A DNA stretch of 64,000 nucleotides from an uncultured Bacillota bacterium (GTDB lineage: Bacteria; Bacillota; DTU025; MWDF01), in NCBI GenBank assembly GCA_963823655.1, contig CAWGMK010000006.1, positions 192,001 through 256,000 of the forward strand, written 5' to 3'. The notes below the pieces were generated by a model. The model did not search any database, was not told where the DNA came from, and saw nothing but the letters and a program-made list of their open reading frames with translations. The translations under genes were made by a program, and so were the position numbers. Below are positions 10,105-21,002 of this stretch, piece by piece. Numbering within the stretch: the first letter of the stretch is position 1; each line of letters opens with the position of its first letter.

Positions 10105-12495
10105 ATGACGCACAGGACAATAGATGAAAAAGGTCAGATGGTAGAGATGCGCCTGCTCCCAGTAGTCCCGTTAAGGGGAGTAGTATTCTTCCCGGGCATG
10201 TTCACGCCTTTAGAGGTTGGAAGGGCCAAATCGGTAAACGCGGTGGAGAAGGCGTCTTTGGACGATTCTATGGTATTGCTAGTATCCCAGAAGGACCCGG
10301 CGGTAGAGGAACCTACTTCCGCCGATCTATTCGAAATGGGCTGCTTGGCCGAGATCAAGCAGTCAGTTAAGGGCCAGGATGGAACATTAAGAGTTCTTAT
10401 GCAGGGAGTTAACCGCGGGCATGTAGTCAGCTACATCGACAAGGACGATGTGCTGATGGCAGAGGCCAGGATTATTACCGACCCTGTTGTCCATAGCGCA
10501 AAGACTGAGACCCTCATGAGGATGGCGCTGAGCAGCTTCGAATCGCTGCTGCAGTCAGCTCGCAACATACCCAGCGAGGTCGCATTAGGCATAAGCCGCA
10601 TCGATAGCCCTGCAAAACTTGCGGACGAAATAGCTCCGAGGTTGCCGCTCAGGCTGACACAAAGGCAGAGCCTTCTGGACGCCGCCGATGTCGATGAGAG
10701 GCTTGAGAAGCTTATCGCCATCATGGAGACCGAGAAGCAGGTGCTGGAGATTGAGCAGGACCTGCAGGCCAAGGTGAGAAGGCAGATCGACAAGTCCCAG
10801 AAGGAATACTACCTGCGCGAGCAGATGAGAGTCATCCAAAAGGAGCTTGGCGAGGAGGAAGACAAGGAGGCCGATGCCGAAGCCTGGCGCAAGAAGCTGG
10901 ATGACAACAAGGCTCCGGAAGAGGTAAAAGCCAAAGCTGAAGCCGAGATCAAAAGGCTCAAGCTCATGGGGTCCATGGCCCCGGAGGCAACGGTCTCGCG
11001 CACTTATATCGAATGGTTAGCTGCCATGCCCTGGGGCAATTACACAGAGGATGTAATGGACCTGAAACAGGCTAAAAGGGTTCTCGACGAGGATCATTGG
11101 GGCCTTGAGAAGGTAAAGGAGAGGATACTCGAATTCCTGGCAGTCAGGAAGCTCTCTTCTTTGAATAAGGGCCCGATACTTTGCCTTGTTGGCCCTCCCG
11201 GCGTCGGCAAGACATCATTGGCGAAGTCCATAGCCCGCTCCCTGAACAGGAAGTTCGTAAGGTTCTCGCTGGGCGGCCTTAGGGATGAAGCTGAAATCAG
11301 GGGACACAGGCGCACTTACATAGGGGCACTGCCTGGCAAATTGGCGCATGCTCTTAAGCAGGCGGGGTCCGGCAATCCGGTGATATTGCTGGACGAAATC
11401 GACAAGCTGGGATCCGACTGGAGGGGAGACCCTTCCTCGGCAATGCTTGAAGTGCTCGACCCCGAGCAGAACAAGGCGTTTCTGGACCACTATATGGAAG
11501 TGCCGCTCGACTTGTCCAAAGTGATGTTCATCACTACGGCCAACTCGCTGCATAATGTACCTAAACCGTTGGCCGACAGGATGGAGATCATCGAGCTGTC
11601 CGGCTACACTGAGGATGAGAAGCTAGGCATCGCCAAGCAGTTTCTGATCCCCAAACAGAAGTCAGAGAACGGGCTTTCCGATACGGGCCTGGATTTCGTA
11701 GATGAAGCCGTGCTCGAGATTACGAGGCGCTACACTCGCGAGGCAGGTGTACGTGAGCTCGAAAGGCAGATAGGCAACATCATGCGCAAGATGGCATGGC
11801 GCAAAGTGGCGGGGGAGAAGACCCTCGAAAGCCCGATAGGGGCGGCCGACTTGCACGAGCTTCTTGGCGTCGAGAGATACCGCTACGGGGTCAGCGACAA
11901 GGAGAACAAAGTGGGATTGTCGACGGGCCTTGCCTGGACTGAAACCGGAGGAGACATCCTCTTCATAGAAACCACGGTCACAAAAGGCACCGGCAAGCTT
12001 ACCCTTACCGGGCAGATGGGCGACGTTATGAAGGAAAGCGCCCAGGCTGCGTACACTTATGTGCGCTCAAGGGCCAAGGAACTGGGGATAGACCCCTCGT
12101 TCTATGAGTCAACCGATGTGCACATCCACGTTCCGGAGGGCGCGATACCTAAAGACGGACCATCTGCCGGAATTGCGATGGCTACGTCTTTGGCTTCAGC
12201 CCTGTCCAACAGGCCCGTAAGGGCGGATCTGGCCATGACGGGGGAGATTACTTTAAGAGGCAGGGTGCTGCCCATCGGAGGGCTCAAGGAGAAGTCGCTG
12301 GCAGCGCTGAGAGCTGGCATAAAGACTGTGATCATTCCGGCAGACAACCATAAGGACCTGGAGAATATCCCGGCCAAAGTGAAGGAGCAAGTGCTATTCA
12401 TAGAGACCGACCAGATGGACAAGGTTCTTGAGACTGCCATGGCGATTGGGACCCCTGTTGGGCTTGAAGCAGTTGACAAGGCGGAATCCCGGTAA
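10105..12495 (+). CDS. lon: Lon protease (endopeptidase La)
   Basis: [38 protein letters not shown]; RBS AGGAGG. Confidence 0.97.
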   Translation: MTHRTIDEKGQMVEMRLLPVVPLRGVVFFPGMFTPLEVGRAKSVNAVEKASLDDSMVLLVSQKDPAVEEPTSADLFEMGCLAEIKQSVKGQDGTLRVLMQGVNRGHVVSYIDKDDVLMAEARIITDPVVHSAKTETLMRMALSSFESLLQSARNIPSEVALGISRIDSPAKLADEIAPRLPLRLTQRQSLLDAADVDERLEKLIAIMETEKQVLEIEQDLQAKVRRQIDKSQKEYYLREQMRVIQKELGEEEDKEADAEAWRKKLDDNKAPEEVKAKAEAEIKRLKLMGSMAPEATVSRTYIEWLAAMPWGNYTEDVMDLKQAKRVLDEDHWGLEKVKERILEFLAVRKLSSLNKGPILCLVGPPGVGKTSLAKSIARSLNRKFVRFSLGGLRDEAEIRGHRRTYIGALPGKLAHALKQAGSGNPVILLDEIDKLGSDWRGDPSSAMLEVLDPEQNKAFLDHYMEVPLDLSKVMFITTANSLHNVPKPLADRMEIIELSGYTEDEKLGIAKQFLIPKQKSENGLSDTGLDFVDEAVLEITRRYTREAGVRELERQIGNIMRKMAWRKVAGEKTLESPIGAADLHELLGVERYRYGVSDKENKVGLSTGLAWTETGGDILFIETTVTKGTGKLTLTGQMGDVMKESAQAAYTYVRSRAKELGIDPSFYESTDVHIHVPEGAIPKDGPSAGIAMATSLASALSNRPVRADLAMTGEITLRGRVLPIGGLKEKSLAALRAGIKTVIIPADNHKDLENIPAKVKEQVLFIETDQMDKVLETAMAIGTPVGLEAVDKAESR

Positions 12496-12556
12496 TCGGG
12501 CAGGAACCGCGGGCAGGAAAGACCAAGCGCATAAGCCAATAATTCAGGATGAACCG

Positions 12557-12604
12557 AGTGCCGCCCGGGATGCTGCTCATGCGAATCCCAGGCGGCGCTT
12601 TTTC
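12557..12604 (+). terminator. Terminator after lon
   Basis: AGTGCCGCCCGGGAT..ATCCCAGGCGGCGCT followed by TTTT. Confidence 0.7.
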
Positions 12605-12762
12605 GTACTTGAAGTCAGAATAAAAGGGACACTGAAGCTACTCGGACTTGGCATGCAGTAAATAATTACTTGACATCACAGCTAATGGCCTTAATAGGTC
12701 TCTATTCTCGTAGAATTGTTAGATTGCTTGTGGACATTGATACCCCATGCATGTTTCGGTTA

Positions 12763-12886
12763 AGTAAACAAATGCTTTACATTGCAGCTTAAATACGATT
12801 AGGGCTAGCTCAATGCACAGATGGGCAGGATTGTAGAGGCACACAAGCTTCATCGCAACCGGCAATTAGTAAACAAATACTTTACA
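12763..12886. repeat. Two copies of a 19-bp imperfect palindrome AGTAAACAAATRCTTTACA (12763-12781, 12868-12886)
   Basis: Copies match at 18 of 19 positions; starts 105 bp apart in an AT-rich intergenic region. Confidence 0.8.
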
Positions 12887-13135
12887 ATGGATATTCAGCC
12901 AAGTCTTAAATGTCCGTGGAAGCCAACTTCTTCAAACCAAAGTGCGAATTCTGCCGGCTACATGCTGATTCTTGCTAAAATCCCGCGGTTCTGATTCTGA
13001 TTTTCCCGGAATCCTTGCCTATGCCACTTTGCTAATGTAAAATTAACTATTGCATTGCGAATTACGCCGACGGCCATGGCATCGCGCAAATTCCGCGATT
13101 TACGGGCCGGTGCGGTTTACAGGAGGAGATCTCTG

Positions 13136-15229
13136 TTGAAGAAATATGGCCCTGAAAATCTCCGGGACATAGCTGTAATAGCCCACGGCGGCGCAGGGAA
13201 GACCACACTGACCGAGGCTATGCTCTATCTCAGCGGAGGAACGGACCGTTTCGGCCGTGTAGAAGACGGCACTGCGACCACTGACTTCGATGACGACGAG
13301 AAGAAGCGCAAGATTTCTATAAGCATGGCTTTTGCCCCTATAGAATGGAAGAATACGAAGATTAACATCATAGACATCCCGGGCTTCCTTGACTTCGTGG
13401 GTGAAGTGCACGCAGGCCTCAGAGTAGCCGACGGGGCCGTCGTGATGGTGGATGCCGTATCGGGCGTTGAAGTAGGAACAGAGATAGTCTGGAGGATCGC
13501 AGACGACAAGCTAGTCCCCAGGCTCATCACGATAAGCCGTATGGACAGGGAGAACGCCAACTTCAAACAGGCGCTGGGGAGCATCAATGAATCATTCGGC
13601 CCCAAATGCTGTCCCGTCAGCCTGCCGATCGGCTTCGGAGAGCACTTGAAGGGAATCGTCGATATCATCTCCAACAAAGCCTATATGTATGCCGACCACA
13701 GCGGAAAGACAATGACGGAAGCCCCTGTACCTGAGGATATGGCCTCAGATGTGGAGGAATACAGAGGAAAGCTCATGGAGTTCGCGGCCGAGACCGACGA
13801 AGAACTTCTCGCCAAGTATTTCGATACGATGGAGCTCAACCAGGAGGAATTCGAAAAGGGCCTGGTAGCTGCCGTATCCGGTTGCAGCTTGTATCCTGTC
13901 ACAGCAGTATCAGGAGGCAAGCTCGTCGGAGTCCAGCAGCTGTTGGACAACATAGTAAGGCTCATGCCGCCCAGCGGATCCGGCAAGCCCGCGAAGGGCC
14001 TAGGCCACGGCAATGAAGAAGTAGTCAGGAAGCCTATGGAGTCGGAGCCGCTGTCAGCATTCGTATTCAAGACGACCGCCGACCCGTTTGTTGGCAAGAT
14101 CAACGTACTCAGGGTCATGAGCGGGGTTTTGAAGCCCGATGCCACATATTACAACGCCACCAAGGACAAGATGGAGAGGTTCGGCTCGATATTCTTCCTC
14201 AAGGGCAAGCAGCAGATCCAGGCGACCGAGGCGGGCCCAGGCGAAATCGTTGCCATTGCGAAACTTGCGGATACCACGACAAATGATACTTTCAGCGACA
14301 AAGATAAGCCGGTAAGATATCCTGCAACCATATTCCCGAAACCGGTCCTTTCCTTCGCCATGAAGCCAAAGGCCAAGGGCGATGAGGAGAAGATAGGTTC
14401 AGGACTTGCAAGGCTCTCCGAAGAGGATCCGACGATATTACACTATAAGCACCCTGAGACCAGCGAGCTGCTAGTGTCAGGCATGGGCGATTCCCATATC
14501 GACGTCATCGCCGAGCGCCTGAAGAGGAAGTTCGGAGTTGAAGTCACCCTTGATACGCCTACCATTCCTTACCGCGAAACCATTACCAAGCAGGTGAGGG
14601 TCCAGGGAAGGCACAAGAAGCAGACGGGCGGCCGCGGCCAGTTCGGCGACATTTGGGTGAGGTTCGCACCCCTTGAAAGAGGAGCGGGCTTCCAGTTCAT
14701 AGATGAAGTATTCGGAGGCTCAGTGCCAAGAAACTTCATACCTGCGGTAGAGAAGGGCCTTAGAGAAGAGCTTTCGCACGGAAGGCTGGCAGGCTACCCT
14801 ATGGTGGACTTCAGCGCAACCCTGGATGACGGTTCGTACCATCCTGTGGACAGCTCTGAAATGGCCTTCAAACTGGCTGCCAGACTTGCGGTCGAGAAGG
14901 CTTGGGAAGAGTCCGGGCCCATACTTCTGGAGCCCATCGTTAGAGCAGAAGTGCTCGTACCCGAGGAGTACATGGGAGATGTCATGGGCGACTTCAACAA
15001 GAAGCGCGGCAAGATACTCGGAATGGAATCCCAGGGCAGGTACCAGATAGTCAGGGCGCTTGCGCCTCAGTCAGAGATGTTCAAGTACTCCATAGACCTT
15101 CGTTCGATGACTGGCGGCAGGGGCACATTCACAATGGAATTCGACCACTATGAAGAGGTTCCGGCGCAGATATCGGCCCATATCGTGGAGGCCGCGAAGA
15201 AGGCCAAGGAAGCCGCAAGGGACAACTAG
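13136..15229 (+). CDS. fusA: Elongation factor G paralogue (EF-G2 type)
   Basis: AHGGAGKTT, DIPG, LSEEDP, KKQTGGRGQFG, DGSYHPVDSSEMAF, LRSMTGGRG; TTG start after AGGAGG; not in an rpsL-rpsG-fusA-tuf context. Confidence 0.9.
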   Translation: MKKYGPENLRDIAVIAHGGAGKTTLTEAMLYLSGGTDRFGRVEDGTATTDFDDDEKKRKISISMAFAPIEWKNTKINIIDIPGFLDFVGEVHAGLRVADGAVVMVDAVSGVEVGTEIVWRIADDKLVPRLITISRMDRENANFKQALGSINESFGPKCCPVSLPIGFGEHLKGIVDIISNKAYMYADHSGKTMTEAPVPEDMASDVEEYRGKLMEFAAETDEELLAKYFDTMELNQEEFEKGLVAAVSGCSLYPVTAVSGGKLVGVQQLLDNIVRLMPPSGSGKPAKGLGHGNEEVVRKPMESEPLSAFVFKTTADPFVGKINVLRVMSGVLKPDATYYNATKDKMERFGSIFFLKGKQQIQATEAGPGEIVAIAKLADTTTNDTFSDKDKPVRYPATIFPKPVLSFAMKPKAKGDEEKIGSGLARLSEEDPTILHYKHPETSELLVSGMGDSHIDVIAERLKRKFGVEVTLDTPTIPYRETITKQVRVQGRHKKQTGGRGQFGDIWVRFAPLERGAGFQFIDEVFGGSVPRNFIPAVEKGLREELSHGRLAGYPMVDFSATLDDGSYHPVDSSEMAFKLAARLAVEKAWEESGPILLEPIVRAEVLVPEEYMGDVMGDFNKKRGKILGMESQGRYQIVRALAPQSEMFKYSIDLRSMTGGRGTFTMEFDHYEEVPAQISAHIVEAAKKAKEAARDN

Positions 15230-15266
15230 TCAGCTTGCCTCATTAAAGAGGCTGAGATATTCAGAA

Positions 15267-15548
15267 TAAGGCAATGAGGAAGAGGAGTACGCAAAGACCG
15301 CGCTTGGCAGAGAAGCGGCCCTTAGGCTGGAAGGCCGCGAAGCGTTTTGGTGGCGGAAGTCGCTTCTGAGCCCCGCAGGCGAGCGCAAAACGGTCCTGGA
15401 GATTGGACAGTATTGCGCCAGACGCGGAGGGTGCGCCCTATAAAGCGCTTAGAGTGCGGAAGGGCTTCATTGATTCAGCCCCGATGCGACAAAGGTGGTA
15501 CCGCGAAGAGCCCCTTCGCCCTTTGATGGGTAGGGGCTCTTCTTATTT
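15267..15548 (+). promoter_or_regulatory. T-box riboswitch (Val; specifier GUC at 15359-15361)
   Basis: Stem I AGAGA and GCTGGAA motifs, T-box AAAGGTGGTACCGCG at 15491-15505, terminator GAAGAGCCCCT..AGGGGCTCTTC plus T tract, directly before valS. Confidence 0.9.
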
Positions 15549-15566
15549 CTCATTCTGGCAGGAGGG

Positions 15567-18219
15567 ATGATCATGAGCACCAAACAATTAGCGCCGGCAT
15601 ATGAGCCGTCAACAGTAGAGGATAGGATATATGGTTTCTGGGAGGAGGGCGGCTACTTCCACGCAGAGCCCGACAAGAGCAAGGAGCCTTTCGTAATAGT
15701 CATGCCCCCGCCCAACATCACAGGCACGCTGCATATAGGACACGCACTGATGTCGACCATAGAGGACATACTTGTGCGTATAAGGCGCATGCAAGGCTAC
15801 AACACAGAATGGTGGCCGGGAACCGATCATGCATCCATAGCCACAGAGGCTAAAGTGGTCGCCTCCCTTGCGAAGGAGGGCATCACAAAGGCTGACCTGG
15901 GCCGCGAGGAGTTTCTTAAAAGGTGCTGGCAGTGGAAGGAGAACTACGGCGGCGCCATAGTGAACCAGCAGAAGAAGCTGGGCTGCTCGGCGGACTGGCA
16001 GAGGAGCCGCTTCACTATGGACGAAGTCTGCTCCAGGGCTGTCAGGGAAGTGTTCGTAAGGCTCTACGACGAAGGGCTTATATACCGCGGAAACCGCATG
16101 GTTAACTGGTGCACCAGCTGCAACACGTCCATATCCGACATTGAGGTGGAGCACGAGGACGTTACCGGAACCCTCTGGTACATCTCCTATCCGCTATCAG
16201 ATGGAACGGGAAGCATAACCATAGCGACTACAAGGCCTGAGACTATGCTCGGAGATACTGCAGTTGCCGTACATCCGGAGGACGACAGGTACAAGGCGGC
16301 AATAGGCAAGACCGTGAGGCTGCCCTTGGTCGGAAGGCTTATTCCCGTAATCGCCGACGAGTACGTAGACAGGCAGTTCGGCACGGGAGCCCTGAAAGTT
16401 ACGCCCTCACATGACGTCAACGACTATGAGCTGGGCAAGAAGCACAAGCTCGAAAGCGTACAAGTAGTAGGGCAGGATGGACTTATGACGGAGGATGCTG
16501 GTAAATTTGCCGGCATGAAGGCGGAGCTTGCCAGAAAGGCCGTGCTCGCGGAGCTGGAGGCGCTAGGTCTCATCAGCAAGACCGAGCCGCTTACCCACGC
16601 CGTCGGTCATTGCCAGAGGTGCGGCACCGTGGTAGAGCCGCTGCCCTCTCTGCAGTGGTTCGTGAAGATGGAGCCATTGGCAAAGCCGGCGGTAGAAGCC
16701 GCAAAATCAGGCGACATCAAGTTCGTGCCGGACCGCTTCACGAAGACATACCTCAATTGGATGGAAAACTGCAAGGACTGGTGCATATCCAGGCAGTTAT
16801 GGTGGGGCCACAGGATACCGGTGTGGTACTGCCAGTCCTGCGGGAAGCTCACTGCCTCCCGGGTAGACTTGGATAAATGCCCTGACTGCGGCGGGCCCGT
16901 AAACCAGGATGAGGATGTGCTCGATACATGGTTCTCGTCCGCCCTCTGGCCATTCTCCATAATGGGCTGGCCCGATATGACGCCTGAGCTGGAGCACTGG
17001 TACCCCGGTACGGTGCTTGAGACCGGCTATGACATCATCTTCTTCTGGGTGGCAAGGATGATCTTCTCGGGGCTGAAGTTCATGGGGCAGAAGCCCTTCT
17101 CGTATGTGCTCCTGCACGGACTGGTAAGGAATGCGGACGGCAGCAAGATGAGCAGGTCCAAAGGCCAGGGCGTGGACCCTCTGGAGATCATCTCCCAATA
17201 TGGGGCGGATGCTCTCAGGATGACCGTGATTTCGGGCAATACGCCCGGCAACGACATACGCTGGAACCCGGAGAAGGTGGAGGCTAACCGCAATTTCGCG
17301 AACAAGGTCTGGAACGCTTCCAGGTTCGTACTTATGAACCTTAGAAGGGTTTGACCCGGATGCGGTGGAGCCGGAGAAGCTGGAGATGACGCTGCCTGAC
17401 AGGTGGATTATCTCAAGGCTTGCGGCCGCTTCGGCCGAGGTGCAGAGGTTCACCGACAGGTTCGAAATAGGAGAGGCTGCCCGCATAGTGCAGGAATTCA
17501 TATGGGGGGAGTACTGCGACTGGTATATCGAGGCGGCAAAGCCAAGGCTATATGGCAAAGAGGGGGAGGATGCGAAGAAGACCGCACAGTTTATCCTCTG
17601 GAAGGGGCTCGACGGCGCCTTGAGGCTGCTGCACCCATTCATGCCCTTCATCACCGAGGAGATCTGGCAGATGCTTCCAGGATCCGTAGGGGCGCTGATC
17701 AATTCCCATCTGCCGGCATCCGCCGAAGCATTGAGGGATATGGCCGCCGAGGCTGAGATGGGCTCGATGATGGAGCTCATCAGGACGATCAGGAATATCA
17801 AGGCGGAGTTCGGCGTGGCAAGCAACAAGAAGGTCGATGCGGTGTTCCAGGGTGGCGACGGCGAGCTTGCCCTTGTAAACAGGAACATGGGCCTGATAAG
17901 GACCCTTGCCGGCGTTGAGAACGCAAGCACGATAACGCCTGAAGCAGGCAAACCCGCCAAAGCCGCAGCAGGCGTGGCCTCCGGGATGGGAGTGTTCCTC
18001 CCTCTTGAGGGAATGATCGACATCGGCAAGGAGATTGAAAGGCTCAAAAAGGAAGTAGCTGGCATCGAGAAAGAGCTTGCAGGCGTAATGGGCAAGCTGT
18101 CGAACGAATCATTCGTAAGCCGTGCCCCCGAGTCAGTAGTTGAGCGCGAAAGGAACAAGGCCTCAGAGCTCGAAGCTGCCTCCATCAAATTCAAGGCAAG
18201 GATAGAGGAGCTGAGCTAG
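15567..18219 (+). CDS. valS: Valine-tRNA ligase (single +1 frameshift near 17343)
   Basis: [48 protein letters not shown]; anticodon and coiled-coil domains in ORF 17365-18219. Confidence 0.95.
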
Positions 18220-18912
18220 TTGAGGCGTACTAACGCTGCGGTTGCCAGGAAGGAAGCTTCCCTGACTGACAAGCTGCTGGAGCTGGACCGGATGCTACTT
18301 GACGCTTATGGCCCCAAGTCCAACGATAGGGGCGAAGACGCCGTAACTTCCTTGGTGCATACGATACTGTCGCAGAACACGACGGACAGGACCAGCGACA
18401 GGGCCTTCGAAAACTTGATGAAGACGTTCGGCAGCTGGGATTCAATTCTCGAAGCCGATGTAAAGCTGGTAGCCGATTCCATCAGGCAAGGGGGTCTTGC
18501 CGACCAAAAGGCAGCCTCTATTCAGGCGGTCCTTCAAAGGATCAAGGATGACAAAGGGAAGATCAGCCTGGAGTTTCTAAAGAAGCTTCCTGAAGACGAA
18601 GTCCTGTCGTACTTGACATCCATGAAGGGTGTCGGTCCGAAGACTGCGGCATGCACTATGCTTTTTGCGCTGGGGAAGAAGGCTTTCCCTGTAGATACTC
18701 ACATACACAGGGTCGCCAATAGGCTGGGGATTGTAACGACCAAGGGAGCCGAGGAGAGCCAGAAGGCGCTGACCGAGGCTGCGCCGTTCGATATCTGTTA
18801 CAGCCTGCACTTGAACATGATACAGCACGGAAGGCAGCGCTGCCACGCCAGAAAGCCGGTCTGCGCAGGCTGCCCGCTGTTAGGATCCTGCAAGTCGGCG
18901 GAGGTAAGCTGA
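18220..18912 (+). CDS. Endonuclease III-like HhH-GPD DNA glycosylase with 4Fe-4S motif
   Basis: ILSQNTTD, GVGPKTA, FPVDTHIHR, C-x6-C-x2-C-x5-C; start uncertain. Confidence 0.85.
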   Translation: MRRTNAAVARKEASLTDKLLELDRMLLDAYGPKSNDRGEDAVTSLVHTILSQNTTDRTSDRAFENLMKTFGSWDSILEADVKLVADSIRQGGLADQKAASIQAVLQRIKDDKGKISLEFLKKLPEDEVLSYLTSMKGVGPKTAACTMLFALGKKAFPVDTHIHRVANRLGIVTTKGAEESQKALTEAAPFDICYSLHLNMIQHGRQRCHARKPVCAGCPLLGSCKSAEVS

Positions 18913-20216
18913 TGAAATATGAGGAGGCCATGTCCTACCTTTCCTCTGCATCCAGGTTCGGGATAAAGCCGGGGCTTGCCAGGACTTCGGCTTTGGCTGC
19001 CGCCCTGGGGCATCCGGAGCGGCACATGAGGTTCGTCCACATCGCGGGAACCAATGGAAAAGGGTCGGTTTCCGTGATGGTCGAATCTGCGATAAGGAAG
19101 GCCGGCATAAGGACCGGGCTATTTACCTCTCCTCACCTCAGCTCATATACGGAGCGGATTAAGGTGGCCGGCAGGGACATCTCTCAAGAAGACCTGTCAG
19201 TTATGGTTGAATCGGTTAAGGTTGCGGCCGAAGGTTTGACAGGAGAGGGCATTGATGCGCCGACAGAATTCGAGTTGTGCACTGCCTTCTGCCTGGAGCA
19301 TTTCAGAAGGCAGGAAGTCAGGCTTGCAGTAATGGAAGTAGGCCTTGGCGGAAGATACGATTCGACGAACATCATCGCACCCGACGTAGCTGTGATAACG
19401 CATATAGCATACGATCATATGGAGCGGTTGGGCAGGACTTTGGGGAGGATAGCGTTCGACAAGTGCGGCATAATAAAGCCCGGGGTTGAAGTCGTATCTG
19501 CCTCACAGTGCGAAGAAGCGGCCTCGATGATAAGGCGGGAAGCCAAGGCAAAAGGCGCGCCGCTCTACGAACCGGGCTGCGGATATGAATACGCGATGAC
19601 GGGCTTGAGCATTGAGGGCACTCAGGTGGAGTTTTCGGGGCAAAGCCTGTCAGGAAGGTTTACGACCTCGCTTGTGGGCATACACCAGGCGGACAACATG
19701 GCGGCGGCGCTTGCGGCGCTCGACTGCCTTATCGAATCCGGCTGGCAGATTTCGGAGCAGGACATATCGGAGGGGTTGAAGCAGGCGGTCCATCCCGGAA
19801 GGTTCGAAGTGATTCCGGGCGACCCGATGGTAATCCTCGACGGCGCGCACAACCCGGACGGTGCCAAGGCGCTTTCCGAGACGCTCGGACATGTCATGGG
19901 CGGCAAGAAGCCCGTAGCTATAATGGGCTTTTCGGCAGATAAGCCGTACGCTAGTATGATTGAGACGCTTGCAGGCAGGATATCGTACCTTATCGGAACG
20001 GACATTGCCCACACAAGGTCAGGCTGCGTAAAGTGCAGTGACATCGCAGCAAGTGGCAACGGTTTAGGGATCAAGTCGATTTGCATCGAAAACCACGAGG
20101 AGGCGCTTCATAAGGGCCAGGAGCTGGCTCGTTTAGCGGGAGTGCCACTTCTGGTCTGCGGGTCGTTATACCTCATCGGAGAAATCAGGGGGCTTGTGCT
20201 GGACAGGAGGCAATAA
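18912..20216 (+). CDS. folC: Folylpolyglutamate synthase/dihydrofolate synthase
   Basis: HIAGTNGKGS, FTSPHL, EVGLGGRYDSTN, LDGAHN, GSLYLIG. Confidence 0.95.
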   Translation: MKYEEAMSYLSSASRFGIKPGLARTSALAAALGHPERHMRFVHIAGTNGKGSVSVMVESAIRKAGIRTGLFTSPHLSSYTERIKVAGRDISQEDLSVMVESVKVAAEGLTGEGIDAPTEFELCTAFCLEHFRRQEVRLAVMEVGLGGRYDSTNIIAPDVAVITHIAYDHMERLGRTLGRIAFDKCGIIKPGVEVVSASQCEEAASMIRREAKAKGAPLYEPGCGYEYAMTGLSIEGTQVEFSGQSLSGRFTTSLVGIHQADNMAAALAALDCLIESGWQISEQDISEGLKQAVHPGRFEVIPGDPMVILDGAHNPDGAKALSETLGHVMGGKKPVAIMGFSADKPYASMIETLAGRISYLIGTDIAHTRSGCVKCSDIAASGNGLGIKSICIENHEEALHKGQELARLAGVPLLVCGSLYLIGEIRGLVLDRRQ

Positions 20217-20219
20217 CCT

Positions 20220-20954
20220 ATGGAAGATGCCGGCATGGAATTTGAAAGGATTGATTACGGGCTTTTCGCCCCGAAAAGGCTAACAGTCCTTTTCGGCGCT
20301 TTCGGAAGCGGCAAGACGGAGCTTGCTGTCAATATCGCGATAGGCCTTGCAGGATCGTACAAGGACGTATCCCTTATCGACATCGACATAGTAAAACCCA
20401 TGTTCAGATCCAGGGAGCTCAGGAAGCAAGTGCAGGCAGCCGGCGTCAGGATGGTAGACACTATGGCAGGTCTGGAGAATGCCGATTTACCCATCGTCAC
20501 CGGAGAGGTGGACGCGCTGGTAGGTTCCAAAGGCGGCAGAGTGGTCGTAGATGTAGGAGGCGACCACCTCGGGGCAAGGGCACTGGGAAGGTACGCAGGC
20601 AGGGTGAGCCGGGACTATGACGCGCTATACGTAATTAATACTAGACGGCCATTCGCCTCGAGCAAAGAAGAAATTATGAAGATGATGGCAATGGTCGAGG
20701 AGGCCTCGCGCCTTAAGACGACAGGGCTTGTGGCAAACACCAACCTGGGGATAGAAAGCGACATCGAGCTGGCATATGAAGGGCTTGGCATCATCAAAGA
20801 GGTGTCTGAGGAGACAGGATTGCCGATACGCTTCGTCGCCCTGCATGACAGCCTGATCCGAAAGGATCCGAAGAGGGCCGCTGAACTTGGGCTAAGCACC
20901 GGGCTGCCGATCCTTCCGCTGAAGAGGTATCTGTTAAAACCGTGGGAAGCATAG
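20220..20954 (+). CDS. P-loop NTPase (CobQ/MinD/ParA-like nucleotide-binding family), function unknown
   Basis: GAFGSGKTE, DIDIVKPMFRSRE, DVGGD..GARALG, NTRRPF, NTNLG. Confidence 0.7.
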   Translation: MEDAGMEFERIDYGLFAPKRLTVLFGAFGSGKTELAVNIAIGLAGSYKDVSLIDIDIVKPMFRSRELRKQVQAAGVRMVDTMAGLENADLPIVTGEVDALVGSKGGRVVVDVGGDHLGARALGRYAGRVSRDYDALYVINTRRPFASSKEEIMKMMAMVEEASRLKTTGLVANTNLGIESDIELAYEGLGIIKEVSEETGLPIRFVALHDSLIRKDPKRAAELGLSTGLPILPLKRYLLKPWEA

Positions 20955-21002
20955 CAGGAGAAAGCGCCCGGCAGATGAATATGTTATCCGGAGGAAAGAT
21001 GG

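Noticed and set aside
12763-12886. Mini CRISPR array
   Set aside because: Only two 19-bp copies separated by 86 bp, and no cas genes in the window
12821-12994. 57-codon ORF MGRIVEAHK.. in the lon-fusA gap
   Set aside because: No RBS, AT-rich codon usage unlike neighbouring genes, no recognisable motif
16797-18194. Long antisense and off-frame ORFs (465 aa here; also 25332-26276 and the tail of 32432-33601)
   Set aside because: Shadows of GC-rich coding genes or frameshift read-through; no motifs or RBS
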